A DNA stretch of 61,342 nucleotides, filler included, from Sphacelaria rigidula (lineage: Eukaryota), in NCBI GenBank assembly GCA_964200075.2. It is 5 parts of 5 records of this genome, joined end to end, with 100 filler letters (N's around TTAATTAATTAA, not from the genome) between each part and the next. Parts side by side here need not be neighbours in the genome. Positions count along the whole stretch, not along the records: positions 24,581 to 36,769 come from CAXNAA020004027.1; 4 more parts are not named here. One strand, written 5' to 3'. The position numbers were made by a program, and so were the translations under genes. The notes beneath the pieces are model-generated. The model saw only the letters and a program-made list of their open reading frames with translations. It was not told where the DNA came from and searched no databases. Position 1 is the first letter of the stretch. Each line of letters starts with the position of its first letter. Positions 24,720-36,869 of this stretch are shown here, one piece after another.

Positions 24720-24971
24720 TACTACGGTAGGGGTACACTTTTTGCGCAAAGTCCTGTCTGGCTCCGGGGCTCCTAAGGATCCTAGATGCACAAGAATATC
24801 GGTCAGAGCATCCCCGTTTGCAAATTCATTCGGGGTATCCCTGGCGCATTAGAATGGTAGTCCTGGCGTACTCTCACATATTTCGCAAGTCGTATTTTGG
24901 ATGAGGTAAAGGGCTCCTGACAATTCTGACCTCAGAAAACAATTGTGCACCCCCCTACCATGGCATCACTC
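24720..24971 (-). mobile_element. MITE family A, copy 3 (one terminus damaged)
   Basis: Reverse-complement match to the other copies, ending ...CCCCTACCATGGCATCACTC. Confidence 0.8.
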
Positions 24972-25274
24972 AGTTCGGAATACCACGAGGCGCGAGTATT
25001 GAGTGTGGTGCGCTATCCGTCATTACTTGATCAGAGCTTCAGGTGCAGTGGAATGAATGGAAAACATGCCAGGAAAACTCCACCATGTATCATTATTTCC
25101 CTCACTTGACCTCCTGGTAGCAGAACCAGAAGGCTACGTGTCCCCGCGAAATGTGTGGCCGTGTTTACCACGATCACTCTTAAATGCAGCGTGGGCAATC
25201 GACCATACATTTTCAGTTGTCACGAGTGAGTTATAGTCGGCAGTGTACCTTTAGCCTCGTCGTTATTATACATT

Positions 25275-25306
25275 AGTAGTAGTATAGTAGTAGTAGTAGT
25301 AGTAGT

Positions 25307-25344
<38 letters not shown>

Positions 25345-25455
25345 CAGCAGCAGCAGTAGTAGTAGCAGCAGTAGCAGCAGTAGTAGTAGCAGCAGTAGTA
25401 GCAGCAGTAGTACCAGTAGTACCAGTAGAAGTAATGGTAGAAGTAGTAGTGGTGG
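25275..25455. repeat. (AGT)n/(AGC)n microsatellite adjoining a dispersed repeat end
   Basis: Direct reading. The adjacent 25470-25525 (GAACCC.TGGTCACAGACGTA.GCTCG.CTTTCCAATACCG) recurs at 54485-54541. Confidence 0.9.
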
Positions 25456-25677
25456 AAGTATTCCCTCCTTTAGTCCGATATCTCGAACCCATGGTCACAG
25501 ACGTAGGCTCGTCTTTCCAATACCGTCCCTGCTATTCCTTGCAAGGCATGGAGTCCTGGTTAGCTACGTTAAACATTGCAAAAGAATGTACCCACAGTAG
25601 ACGACCTCTTCCCGCGTTTGGTGGAACTGCTCGATGGAATCGCTCGTTCTGGCAAACGTTTACGGCCGATTTTGCAG

Positions 25678-28600
25678 GGCCACTTCGACCTGGTGATCAA
25701 GGTATACCCCGACGGCGAAGTGTCTTCGTACATGTTCAGCCTAAATGTCGGCGACAAGATAGAGGTACGTTCTTCACTTACACAAAGCGCCATTATCTGG
25801 TCACATATCTTCGATGGGGGGGGGCATGCGTGGTGCTACAGTACTGTGTATTTTCTAGGTCGGGAGCTGGCCGCTGCCGAGGTAATGGGTGGAGAGAAGG
25901 AAGACTCTATGCGGCAAATTTTCTTATCCGGCTGAAGGGTAATTTCGCACTATTGCTATGATGCGTATGGGTCAGGAGCGTATGGGACTGTGTTGCTGGG
26001 GAACAGTGTCATCTCGCCACCCAGGAGCACTGCCGTCGGAGATCCTTTTTTCGGGGAGTTTTGTTTCCACACCCCAGACAATGGAATACTCAGTCAAAAA
26101 GTGGACTGCGTACAGTATCGACTATTGCGCATATTGCAACAGGCAGTAGATTACATACTGTACGCAGTACATTTTTTTACAGTGTCATCTATTGTCCAGG
26201 GTGGGAAAGGGGGCGTATTGCTTGTGCGGGGATGAAACGTCCACTTTTGTCCAGTGCGGAGGTGCAATCATGTCAAAACTGGAAAGTTCGACGGTTTCCT
26301 TTCGCAGTACACACTGTCCAATCACAAGTGGTGTCGATGTACCCGTGATCGACGTGGCGAGGACTGAATTGCTTGCTGAAGTCACCGTGTCCCGGAGTGA
26401 GCCCGTCTTTGTTTGTCTCTTGGTCGATGTGAATTAAAGTGGATGCACACGGTGTGGTTGTCCTCAGGTGAAGGGCCCCTTCCCGAAGTTCGCGTACAAG
26501 CCCAACGTGAAAAAGGAGATCGGCATGATTGCTGGCGGCACCGGTGAGGGTCCTAGCTTGGTTGATGTTAATATCTCGTGACACGTGACTATGCCGCCGT
26601 GTCCTGGGAGTCATACCCGTGCATTATCGACCAGTTTGGACAGGGTACTCGTAGGTGGGTTTAAATGTCGCCAGCAACGGCCAACTTTTCTGATTTCCGT
26701 AACAAATGTCGTGAGAGCGTGAGTCAACAAAACAAACGGTGAGACTCAACGGGGTACAGGAGTGCTGATGGTCATAATCCAGGACTCCACTACCTGATCG
26801 CGATTCAGTTGCCGTATTGTGGGGGAGTGATGCCACGGTAGGGGTGCACAAAAAAATTCTGAGGTTAGAATCCTTAGGAGCCCTTTATCTCATGCAAAAC
26901 ACGACCTCTGAAAATATGTGAAAATACGCCAGGATAACTACTCCAATGTGCTGGGGATGTCCCGAATGAATATGCAAACGGGGATGCCCTGACCCATATT
27001 CTTGTGCATTTAGAATCGTTAGGAGCCCCTGAACTAGACATACTTTCGCGAAAAAAGTGCACCCCTACAGTAGCATTGCTCGGGGGCTGAGTTGACCCGT
27101 CGGAAATATGGACGCGTTCCGACGGGAAGGGGGGGGGGTACTCATTCGCTGCTCGCTGCAGTCATTTAACTACTGACCACGCACCCCTTTCGAGACGGAG
27201 ATCCATTCCTACTTCTAATGAAGACACCTCCAACTTTTGGGCGCTCATTACTCCCCCTCCTCCCCCCGATACTTTACATGTGAACATTTCACTTGTCTTA
27301 CCCTATTCCTGTTTCGTCTTCTGTGGCCACCATCTATCCCCTACTGCAGTATAGTCATCGTCTTCTCCCTACTATCTAATATTATACTAAACTTCATGGT
27401 GCCATGCTCACTTAGTTTTGGTAATCTCCTCCAACACGTTCTGCTCCTGCTTGTTCAGTTTACACTCTCCCCCTGTATAAATTCTACTCGTCTTTTGATT
27501 TTCCACGAAGGTAACTCTGTGAATCTGCTTGTTCCTCCACCCGACTACTATTATAATCTCTTCTTTCGGACGGGGTGTGGGGGGGCGGGCGGGGGTGTGG
27601 GTGTGGGGGGGCGGGGTCGAAATGTATGGCGAGAAATAATTAGCAGAGCTTTTCCCTTGCCAATGTCATGGTGCAATCTACCCCTATTTTTTTTGTCGTT
27701 CTCCGCGCTAATCGCCTCGCGTGCTGCCATCTCTTGAGCATTGTCGTCTCTTATTGGTTATTATCTCGAGTCTCCCTGCTATCGCGCTTGGTCCCATTTT
27801 AGTGATGTTTTCGACAGAAGAAGCCGTTTTCTACAGTTTTCGCTTTCAATGATATCATGTGAGTGAACCTGACTTCTTTTGCGTCAACCGAAGGGTTATC
27901 CTTGCGTGGCCTGTTGTTGTTCGCAGCCAATGTATCACGTTCCTTGCTGCAAGCACTGTATCCCCTTGGTACAATGGTATTATGAGTATTATTATCATTT
28001 ATCATTGCTAACCCTTTGACCGCGAGGGTCGGTCACCTGCTGAATCGGCATCAAATTTCAGTCGAAAAACCTGTGCGTGATCCAGATGGACTACCCGCAC
28101 CGCGGTCCAACGGTCAAGCAGGAGACAACCCAACCGTAACGGGCGCTACAACAGCTGGGGAACATCAGTAATCTTAATCACTACTGTTATCGTTGCGTGG
28201 CACAGATCGCTCAGCTGAAGTATTGACTCTTTTCCTGCCATGCTTGCGCTTCTGCTAGCGACGCTGCTCCGTCTCGAATCGTCTCCTCTGGTAGCATTAC
28301 TGGTGAGTATCTCCGAGTGTCGCTGCTAAGCTTGCTGCTAAGTTCGGAGTTGGTGCATAATCACGTAGAATGAAAGAGGTACTCGGGGTACTTTACACGG
28401 ACACCCGATCAACTTGAAAAAAATCTCAGCCAAATCGAACCAGTTGTCGTCGATTTGCGCACCATGTATGTGCATACACGCATCACCGGAGTGATCGACT
28501 AAGAACATAAAATCGGTTCTGGACAAACAGAGCAAAAGGCTGTGATCGAGACGTCGGCGCTTGGTCCAATTTCATGTTCTTATCTTGCTAGCGGGCCGGA

Positions 28601-31600
28601 TCCGTGCTTCATTTTCGTGTGTCTATTATGATATAATATAAACGAACTTTTCTTCACCCCATCCCTACATTCTGGTGGGTTCGATTCTGAACAAAATACC
28701 AGGTGTCACCCCGATGCTGCAAGTGCTGCAGGAGATCATGCTTAATCCCGAGGATCAAACGAAGGTGACATTCATCTTCGCCAACCGGACCCCCGGCGAC
28801 ATTATGCTCAAGGACGAGATCGACGAGCTAGACGCCAAACACGACAACTTGAATGTTGTGTACGTGGTGAGTATTCGTGAACAAACGCGGCGCGTAGTCG
28901 GATTTCGATGATCCGTTGAACCTCACCAAAATGTTGAACCTCGAGAACGAATCCAGGCTGTTTGTGGATGTGTCCTTACAGCTTTCACGCAAAACTATTA
29001 CCCCGAGGCGTGTTTTTCAGGCCCGTACCAAAATAACACCGTTTTCGTAAGATTGAGAGAAGAGCGCTGATTGAGAGTGGCTTTCATCATTCGCTTTAAG
29101 AGAAAGGGATAGGGGAAGAGAGGGAGAGGGGGGGGGGTACTCATGACCATGCATGCCATAGCCACAATGCCATTGACCTCGCATCCCTACAAAGCCGGGA
29201 CCGAGCACGCCGGGTTTCCGCCNNNNNNNNGATTGTTCGGCCCGAGGCCTACTGATTATCTTGCATTTGGATGACAGCCTCCAATGAGTTGTTTTATCAT
29301 CTGGTATCGCCACTTCCAGAGACAGCCACTGCTTACACACTGCCTCACGGGTGTCTCATCATTTCAAACACTACGTAGTACGACCATCCCCTTTGTGCGG
29401 AGTTGAAGTTCTCCCACGCCGCACAACATGATCTAGCTCGACTACCATCATGGTTACCGTAAAAAAACGCAAGTGCGCAAAAACATTGGTAGCCTGGTTG
29501 CCTAGCTTACGCAGTGAGTGGCGTGTTTTATAGCGTCATCGCCAACCGACGCTAACCTCATCGGGGGTCCGCCCCTACAAAGCCGGGACGGAGCACGCCG
29601 GGTTCTCGCCGGATCATGCTGGGGGAGGGGCGTGCTCAGTCGTTGCTTGCCCGTACTGTAGGTAATCTGAACCCTGTGAGCACTAGGCGTCATTTCGGAA
29701 CAACATCGGCGGCTGACCTTCAACACTGACATCCCCAACGCTGAAGCTATCTGAGAAGCTCCTCTCTGCAAGCACCACCTCTATAAACAACGCATGCGGG
29801 GGTCCCACTAAAGTACTGGGTCCCGCTGCAGTGCGGAGTCCTGCTGCAATGCTGGGTCCCACTACAGTGCGATCAAAATCGCTTGCGACAAGCCCGAGCC
29901 GCTATGCTTTGGTCGAGTAAGTTGCAAGCATGCCAGCAGGCGTTTTCGGGCTAATTGGGGGTATATAATACGGTAATTCTTGAGTGCTCTCTTTATATCG
30001 TACCCAGAACCCTGTTCGAGTGCTGTATACTTTTTGAGCCCCCCAGAATGGAAAATACAAATCATTTTAGTGTAGGACCTTTGCACCCTTTTGTCAAATG
30101 TGAGTCTCAATCTCGCGTCGTCCATGGTCCGAGTAAGATCCGCCGGCACATACAGTGGGGGGTTCGAAACGGGTGTGCTTTTTGCCGGGTGTCCGTGTCA
30201 TGGTGTACGAAATCATGTACTTCGAGGAGCGCGCCAGTATCTTGCTTGTTGTGCTTTGAATACTTTGACCACTCCATTCATCATCGATGCGTTTTTTATA
30301 TTTCATTTGTATCCCATGCTTCGCGCATTTCGCAGACGTAGAAACAAAATCGTCAAACGAGGACTGTCGGCGCTCGTTTTCTCGTTGTATGTGTGCGTTT
30401 TGGTCCCCTATTTATTTATTTATTTATTTTCTGGCCTTCGTTTTTTTCCGCCTAGGTTTTTGTGCTTGCTTCGAGATAAAGTTGAACAAGAAAAACCCGC
30501 CACGGAACAGTACAACAACCGAATTCCGCACTTTTGCTTTCCAAGAAGTGAACTTCGCCCTCTGGTGTCTTCGCGATAAATGTAGTACAGCACTCCATTT
30601 GAGTTATCATCTTCTGTATTTACAACAGGTGGGCAAAGACCCGGTCGGCGAGTGGAATGGGATAACGGGGCGCGTAAACGCCGACATGGTGCAGAAGTAC
30701 CTTCCCAAGCCCACCACAGACGGAATGATCTTCATCTGCGGACCCCCGGGAATGATGAATGTGAGACCGACACAGGATAAGTTGACCTGTACTAAATGTT
30801 TGACAAATCCCTCGTAGTCTAATGGTCAGGATATCTGGCTGTCACTCATACGAAACCCGGTTTCATTCTCCGGCGAGAGGGGGTCACTTTTTTTTCATCT
30901 TTCCTGTTCTAGTCTTGTTTTTTGGTTTGCCATTTGTCGAGCTTTCTTCAGCGAATTTTCCGTTCTTGACAACCTTGGGAACGTCAATCTTGTGGATAAA
31001 CCTGTTGTGGATAATGACCATTCATCTGCGACAATCAAACACTCAATCAAATGCCATCCATTTGTCCTCCTACAATAATGGAAGACTCAAAGAGTAGGCC
31101 GTTGGGAATAGTCTTTGACGGTATTTTGTGGCGTAAATATATTATGCTTCAGGTGAATGGTGTGCAAGGAAAACAAAACGGTGATCACCTCCCACATCGA
31201 TGCGACCTGCTTCCACGACGTTTTTCTTCGCTCAGCTTCCTTGCCTGAAAAAGTCGTGCGGTAGAGGGCGACCATTTTTTTATTATTCCATCACTATTAC
31301 TTTCAGCAGCCGCAGCAGCAGCAGTAGTGGTAATGCCACTATGATTGTCATTATCGTTGTAGTTATCATCTTGACCAGAACCGGTACGTTTAATATATAC
31401 CTCGGCAATCTATCTTCTTGTCCTCCTACTATGTCCTTTCTTTTTTGTTTTTCCAAGTTTAACGTTTTGCGTCGTGCTTTCTCGTTTCCCCCCTCCATGC
31501 ATGTTTTTTTTTCTTCTTCATATTATCCCTCTGTCGAGTTGACTTTAGTGGGTGCATCCGCTTGGTTCATCCTGGACACGTGTATCTTTTGGTCTTCTCG

Positions 31601-33025
31601 AGGATCAGTTGATGTGCGGCAACCAACCAATCACATAATTTCAATCAACCACTGCTTCTATACGATGCCGTTTCATCATCTGTTGCAATGGGCAAGGTAT
31701 AGCCATAGCTCTATAGCCATAGTGCTGCAGGTAACATATGTAGGTGACAGAGTACAAAACGTACGGGTGACGGAGTTGATCACAACGGGTACGCCCCATG
31801 ACGAGGTTGTAACGTTCGAAGTTTATATTTCCCCCCGAATTTTCACCACCATCGTGCGCCCGCGCCTTGGCGTTTTCGGACCTCAATCGTGAACTATATA
31901 CCCTACACCATTATGGTACTACTTCCGGCTTGACTTGTGCGCTCTAAAACATTTAACTGCGACGTACTAAGTACTCATTTTCCAGGAAATCCACGCTCGT
32001 AGCAACGCAAAAAAATGACTTGATCATAATCTACGAAGTCCCCCACCGTGAAGATCATCAGCGCTTGGTAGTCAATAATGGTGTTACCTTCTGACCGCCA
32101 AGGTGGTGGGTCAAATGTTGAATCGGCACTATCTCTACTTGTAGAAAAATGATTGCAAGACTCAGAGGACCCAATCTGGTGGTCAGAGAGTTAAACCAAG
32201 TACAGTACGTCGAGATGCGGCAGTTATCGGTGTTGTACCTACGCTCCTCTCAAAATATCGTCGTAGTTGGTAATAGCCCCAAATATTACAACGTGCACGA
32301 AGCGCCGAAGAATATCCTTTTCGATCGCTTCGACGACTTTCCCTGTGCTCCGTCTCGAAAGGGATATGTGGTCAATGGTCAAACGACTACGGCAGCAATG
32401 GATGAGTACCCCTCCCCCCCCTTCCCGTCCCCCTCCCCGTCCCCGTCTCAAAAGGGACGCGTGGTCACACGTCTAAGGCAAGCAACGAATGAATGACCCC
32501 CCGCGCGCGCCATCATGAGTACCCCCGCCCCTCCTCTAGTCCAGCGAAAACCCGGCTTACTCCGTCCCGACTTTGTAGGAATGCGAGGTCACTGACAAAA
32601 GGATTACGGCATGCAAGATTATGAGTACACCCCTCTTCCCCTCTGAGCCTGGTCCGGCGAAAACATGGCGTACTCGGTCCAGGCTTTGAAGAGATGCGAG
32701 ATCGATGGTCTCATGGCTACGGCATGCAAGATCACGCATACACCCGCCCCCCTCCCGCCCCCGCCGTGCACCCACCTACTATATACGGGGAATAATATCA
32801 GTAGCGCATCACCTCTGCGTACATTATACTTGGGCGTATCATGTAATCGCGTGCTTCGGGTTTCTAGTGTCGATTATTTTGGCATTCGCTGTGCTTACTT
32901 CCTCCCCTGTTTTCCGCTTATGGCAGGCTGTGTCTGGCCCGAAGAATGAAGACAAGAGTCAGGGCGAAGTGGGTGGCTTCTTGAGGGGAATGGGGTACAC
33001 AGAGGAAATGGTCTACAAGTTCTAA
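25678..33025 (+). CDS. NADH-cytochrome b5 reductase (MCR1/CBR2-like, FAD/NAD-binding), last 5 exons; 5' exons lie outside the scaffold
   Basis: Exons with canonical AG/GT ends and compatible phases: 25678-25764 (GHFDLVIKVYPDGEVSSYMFSLNVGDKIE), 26468-26543 (VKGPFPKFAYKPNVKKEIGMIAGGT/G), 28703-28866 (VTPMLQVLQEIMLNPEDQTKVTFIFANRT...NVVYV), 30629-30760 (VGKDPVGEWNGITGRV...IFICGPPGMMN), 32927-33025 (AVSGPKNEDKSQGEVGGFLRGMGYTEEMVYKF*). The GGTG.TP and CGPPGM motifs and the C-terminal F are typical of the family. Confidence 0.93.
26825..27081 (+). mobile_element. MITE family A, copy 4 (in a b5 reductase intron; GGGG flanks)
   Basis: TIRs GAGTGATGCCACGGTAGGGGTGCAC / GTGCACCCCTACAGTAGCATTGCTC, with GGGG on both sides. 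Confidence 0.88.
28012..28113. mobile_element. Tiny piggyBac-like MITE remnant
   Basis: CTAA|CCCTTTGACCGCG ... CGCGGTCCAACGG|TCAA: a CCC-starting TIR with decayed TTAA flanks. Confidence 0.45.
32345..32760. mobile_element. Cluster of family C termini (two arm-B and at least two reversed arm-A) in the last b5 reductase intron
   Basis: CCGTCTCGAAAGGGA...ACGACTA.GGCA.GCAA.G.ATGAGTACCCC occurs twice, followed by reverse-complement arm A twice. Confidence 0.75.
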
Positions 33026-33770
33026 TGGACAACGGTCCGTGGCATATGAGGGTGGAAAAGCTCATGGTGTCGGCTGGGTGCTTGCTTCCTGGACGCATAC
33101 AACCCCGTGGTGCCTAGTGCACAGGCCAGGCCTAGCAAACATGAACCAGACAGAGCGTTTCGACCGGCATGGATGTATGCCTGCATATCACCTATTGCCA
33201 AAGTTTGAGGGCAAATATCGGCGATACGAGAATTCGGAGGCCGTTAATCATTGAAGATCCAAAAATCTAAAAGAGTAGCGTAGTTCCTCGAAAAAGAAGG
33301 GTTACTCGTAGCTCTATAACGTGTACATAATGGCGCCTGATCGTACGGGCACACGAACAAAGTTTACGGAAGGTGCCTGTTTCGGTCCTTCGGCCGCGTT
33401 TTTCGGGCGAAACAACGGCGAGATGGTTTCCGCGTCCTCGCACGTACTAAATCCACTACTTTCGGAGCAGATCTCGGCACACTTGATTGAGCGATTGCCG
33501 ATCATGCGTTTGTTTTACTCCTGGCCGAACCACGGTTTTTTTTATCGCGGATCATACGTTTAAGGGATTGGAGTCAAAGAGTCCTCACTTGGGCTCGAGT
33601 AGACAGAACTGCACGCCCCACGGGACGCCGAAAATAGTCCATAATTTCTCACGGTAATAATAGTGGGGGTGGTGGTGTGGAGGTGACATCTGGCGTCAGC
33701 CGTTGCTTCACAGGAGAAACTGCCGAGGTTTCAGAATGTGCACTGTAGTAGTGCCCAGTCTTCTGCTTCG

Positions 33771-34073
33771 AACAAGGTTTTCGTGAGATTGAGAGGGGAG
33801 GATACGATTGAGAGTGAAAAGCGGTCAATTAGTGAATCAGTCGTTTCAGTTTTGAAATGCCCCTCCACAAGAAGACCCGATGTGCTTTCTGTAGTAGCTT
33901 GTCACTGAGGCCCTTGATATCGCTGAGTAGGATATCGACGTGTAGCTGTGAGTACACGCTAGTGATGGAGGCAAAAAAAAGCACACCTGGGATGAAAAAT
34001 TGGCTAGGTTGAAGCGAATTACCGAAGCCACTCCCAATCAGCGCTCTACTCTCAATCTCACGGCAACGTTGTT
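33771..34073 (+). mobile_element. MITE family B, copy 2 (TTCG/TTCG flanks)
   Basis: AACAAGGTTTTCGTGAGATTGAGAG ... CTCTCAATCTCACGGCAACGTTGTT, with 4-bp TTCG on both sides. Confidence 0.75.
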
Positions 34074-35533
34074 TTCGACGTTTTTTGTCTTTCGTTGAGA
34101 GTTGATGATCCAGAAAGATCCCGCCAAAAATTGCATACTCGTATTTTTTTGTTTTCGTGGACCCTGTTAAGTTGGAGATAGCGATCGAGCAAGAATCGGA
34201 GATGATAAGCGTCAAATTGTTTTCGGGGGAATATCATTGGGTATCTCCGACTTGGGGTTCCCTCTACATATGAGTGAATTTTGTTTTTGTGGAGTATTTT
34301 TCGAAGTGTCCTCATTGTTACTGTGATGGTCATGAGATACGGTAGTTCGAAATAAATGCAGGTCCCGCTCGGGATGGCTGACCATGCAGTGTGCGACTGT
34401 ATGTATGTATATTATCATCGGCGCACTCTGCTGGGATGTCCATAACAGGGATTTTGTGGCATCCATTTTTTTCTTCTTTTTGGGACACTGTCCGCAGCCG
34501 GTCATTAGGTTTACCCCTGTCGAACCAATCTGTCCACATCGAGTTGAGCCAATCAGATGAACGACCCAACATACCAAGTTTTGCCATCGGAGACGAGATT
34601 GGCGCGAATAACGCCGCTGCTATACAATGCCCGTGGGTAGTTTTTCCCGTGGCGGGAGTCTGTTCTCGGGGGGTGTTCGCCGCGCTTCGGGTTCCAGGGG
34701 GTGGTCGGGAGATCAGACACCGTCATCACGGCGGTCTGCATGCGCCTTGCTTTGATTGAAAACTGAGGTGAGCATCGGATTTTTGTAAAACTTGCTGATC
34801 GACCTCTACGAGAGGCTGGTCGATCGTCGAGGCTGCAGAAGTGCGGCGCACGCGTGTGGTGTTTTCTTCTAGATGCGTGGTCTGTGGTTACCCCACAGTC
34901 GTTACTGTATGTACTGGACGTTCCCCCTGTGCTTCTCGGTTTTCCGCCTTCAGGGGAGTCAAATTTGTACGGTTACTGTGAGACTCACTACTAGTGCAGT
35001 ATGTTTCGCAACTTGGTTGAGGTGTTGAGGAACGAGAGCGTGGGCATGGGGGACAATGCGCCCTGTGCCCTGCGCTTCTTGCTGCTAGTCAGGTATGTCC
35101 ACACGGTCAAGAACTGGTGGCCAAGTTAGGACGTTTTCCACTTCAGCCATCGACTGCTGTGCTCATGGGACATTCAGCTGTCCCGCGGGGTTTGCGGATA
35201 AGGTACCCGCCATCCTAAGCGCACGCGAGTAAAGACTTTCAAATCTCATGGACGAAGATTGATGAAATCCCTTTCGTTCCCTCATTTTCGCGTGGGGACA
35301 GGAGTCCCACGAAAGTAGAGAGGCCAACAGTCATCTGTGGCTCGATCCGTTTCGCCATGTATTTATACGGACGGATCGTCTTGACTGCTTCGTTGTGATG
35401 ACAACGGTAGTACTGTAGCAGTGCAGTGACGGGCCTGGCACCACTACTTCAGTGGAGGAGTTTTAGAGGACAAGCGTGGTGCGTACCCTGGCAAGAGGCC
35501 TCACGACGTAGCAGGGAGTGAAACACGACCACC

Positions 35534-35789
35534 GAGCAATGCTACGGTAGGGGCGCACTTCTTGCGCGAAATCTTGTCTGGTTCGGGGGCTTCTGATTCT
35601 AGATGCACGAGAATATGGGTCAGGACATCTCCCGTCTGAAACTTCAGTCGGGATATCCTCAGCACATTGGAATAGTAATCCTGGCGTACCCTCAGATATT
35701 TCACAACACGTGTTTTGGATGAGATCAGGGGCTTCCAACAATTCTCACCCCTCAGAAAATATTTGTGCACCCCAACCGTAGCATCACTC
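35534..35789 (-). mobile_element. MITE family A, copy 5
   Basis: GAGCAATGCTACGGTAGGGGCGCAC ... GTGCACCCCAACCGTAGCATCACTC; flanks CACC/CAAC. Confidence 0.85.
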
Positions 35790-36769
35790 CAACTTCGTTT
35801 TTTTTTCTTTCCGAAAAATAAAGGTGCAGAACATGATCTGTCGAGCAATCCCGGTCAAAGGGTGCCCGAAGAAAAGAACTGGCCCGTGTCCCGCACGATA
35901 AAATAAATTGAGTCTCAAGGAGGGGCGGGGTGTCCACCAGACCAGATGATGTACGCACCATATGATGCTCGACTTCAAATTGCTCATGCTCCGTTTGCAC
36001 ATTCCAAAATCTACGCACACTTGGCCCGCCTGCTCCTAGATCCACTAACTCGTTTTTTCTTATCGACGCTCTCATAATAAATCTCGTAGACCCTAAAAAC
36101 CTGGGAGTACTCCTGCGGTCCACAGTTGGTTACCACGTTATTCGTTTCGGCTTCTTCCCACACGACTGCGCTACCCCAGGACGCACGGCGTGTGTAGCGT
36201 AATCGATCTCGGATCTTCATGCAAACACGGATCGCATACTCGTGAAGCATCGTCGGCACAACACAACTTTTATTCGTAAAGTTTCAGCATTTAGATGCAG
36301 CCTTGTGTGTGCCTTCCCCCCTCCCTCCCCCTGCGGCAAAGAGCTCGAATCTCAAGTTGAAACAATCAACGACATGAAAATAAAATCGGAAACACCGTAC
36401 GGAAGACGAACACTAAGCGAGACAATGTATGTGCCGTTCCAGAACCTCCATACTTTTCGCTTCGCGTCATGATCCACCACCCGGCATTTTTTTTTTTGCG
36501 CCAGAGTTCATCCCCACGGCACGTCCTTCGTTCTAAGACGGGATCACGCTACCACCCCTCTCATCCCTGCACTTCTTGAAGCACGCCTTGTCCATGAAGG
36601 CGCAGTCTGAGCACCACCATGGAAAGGGCACGGTCCGGATGTTTCTGTACGAAGGCTGAGCAGCAAAAAACGGAGAAGGGTCCAAAGGAGAGCAGAGAGT
36701 GAGGTAGGGGGGTGTACTCATGATCATGCATGCCATAGTCATCAGACCATTGACCTCGCATCCCTACAA

Positions 36770-36869
36770 NNNNNNNNNNNNNNNNNNNNNNNNNNNNNNN
36801 NNNNNNNNNNNNNTTAATTAATTAANNNNNNNNNNNNNNNNNNNNNNNNNNNNNNNNNNNNNNNNNNNN
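36770..36869. other. Artificial scaffold-joining spacer
   Basis: N44-TTAATTAATTAA-N44. Confidence 0.97.
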
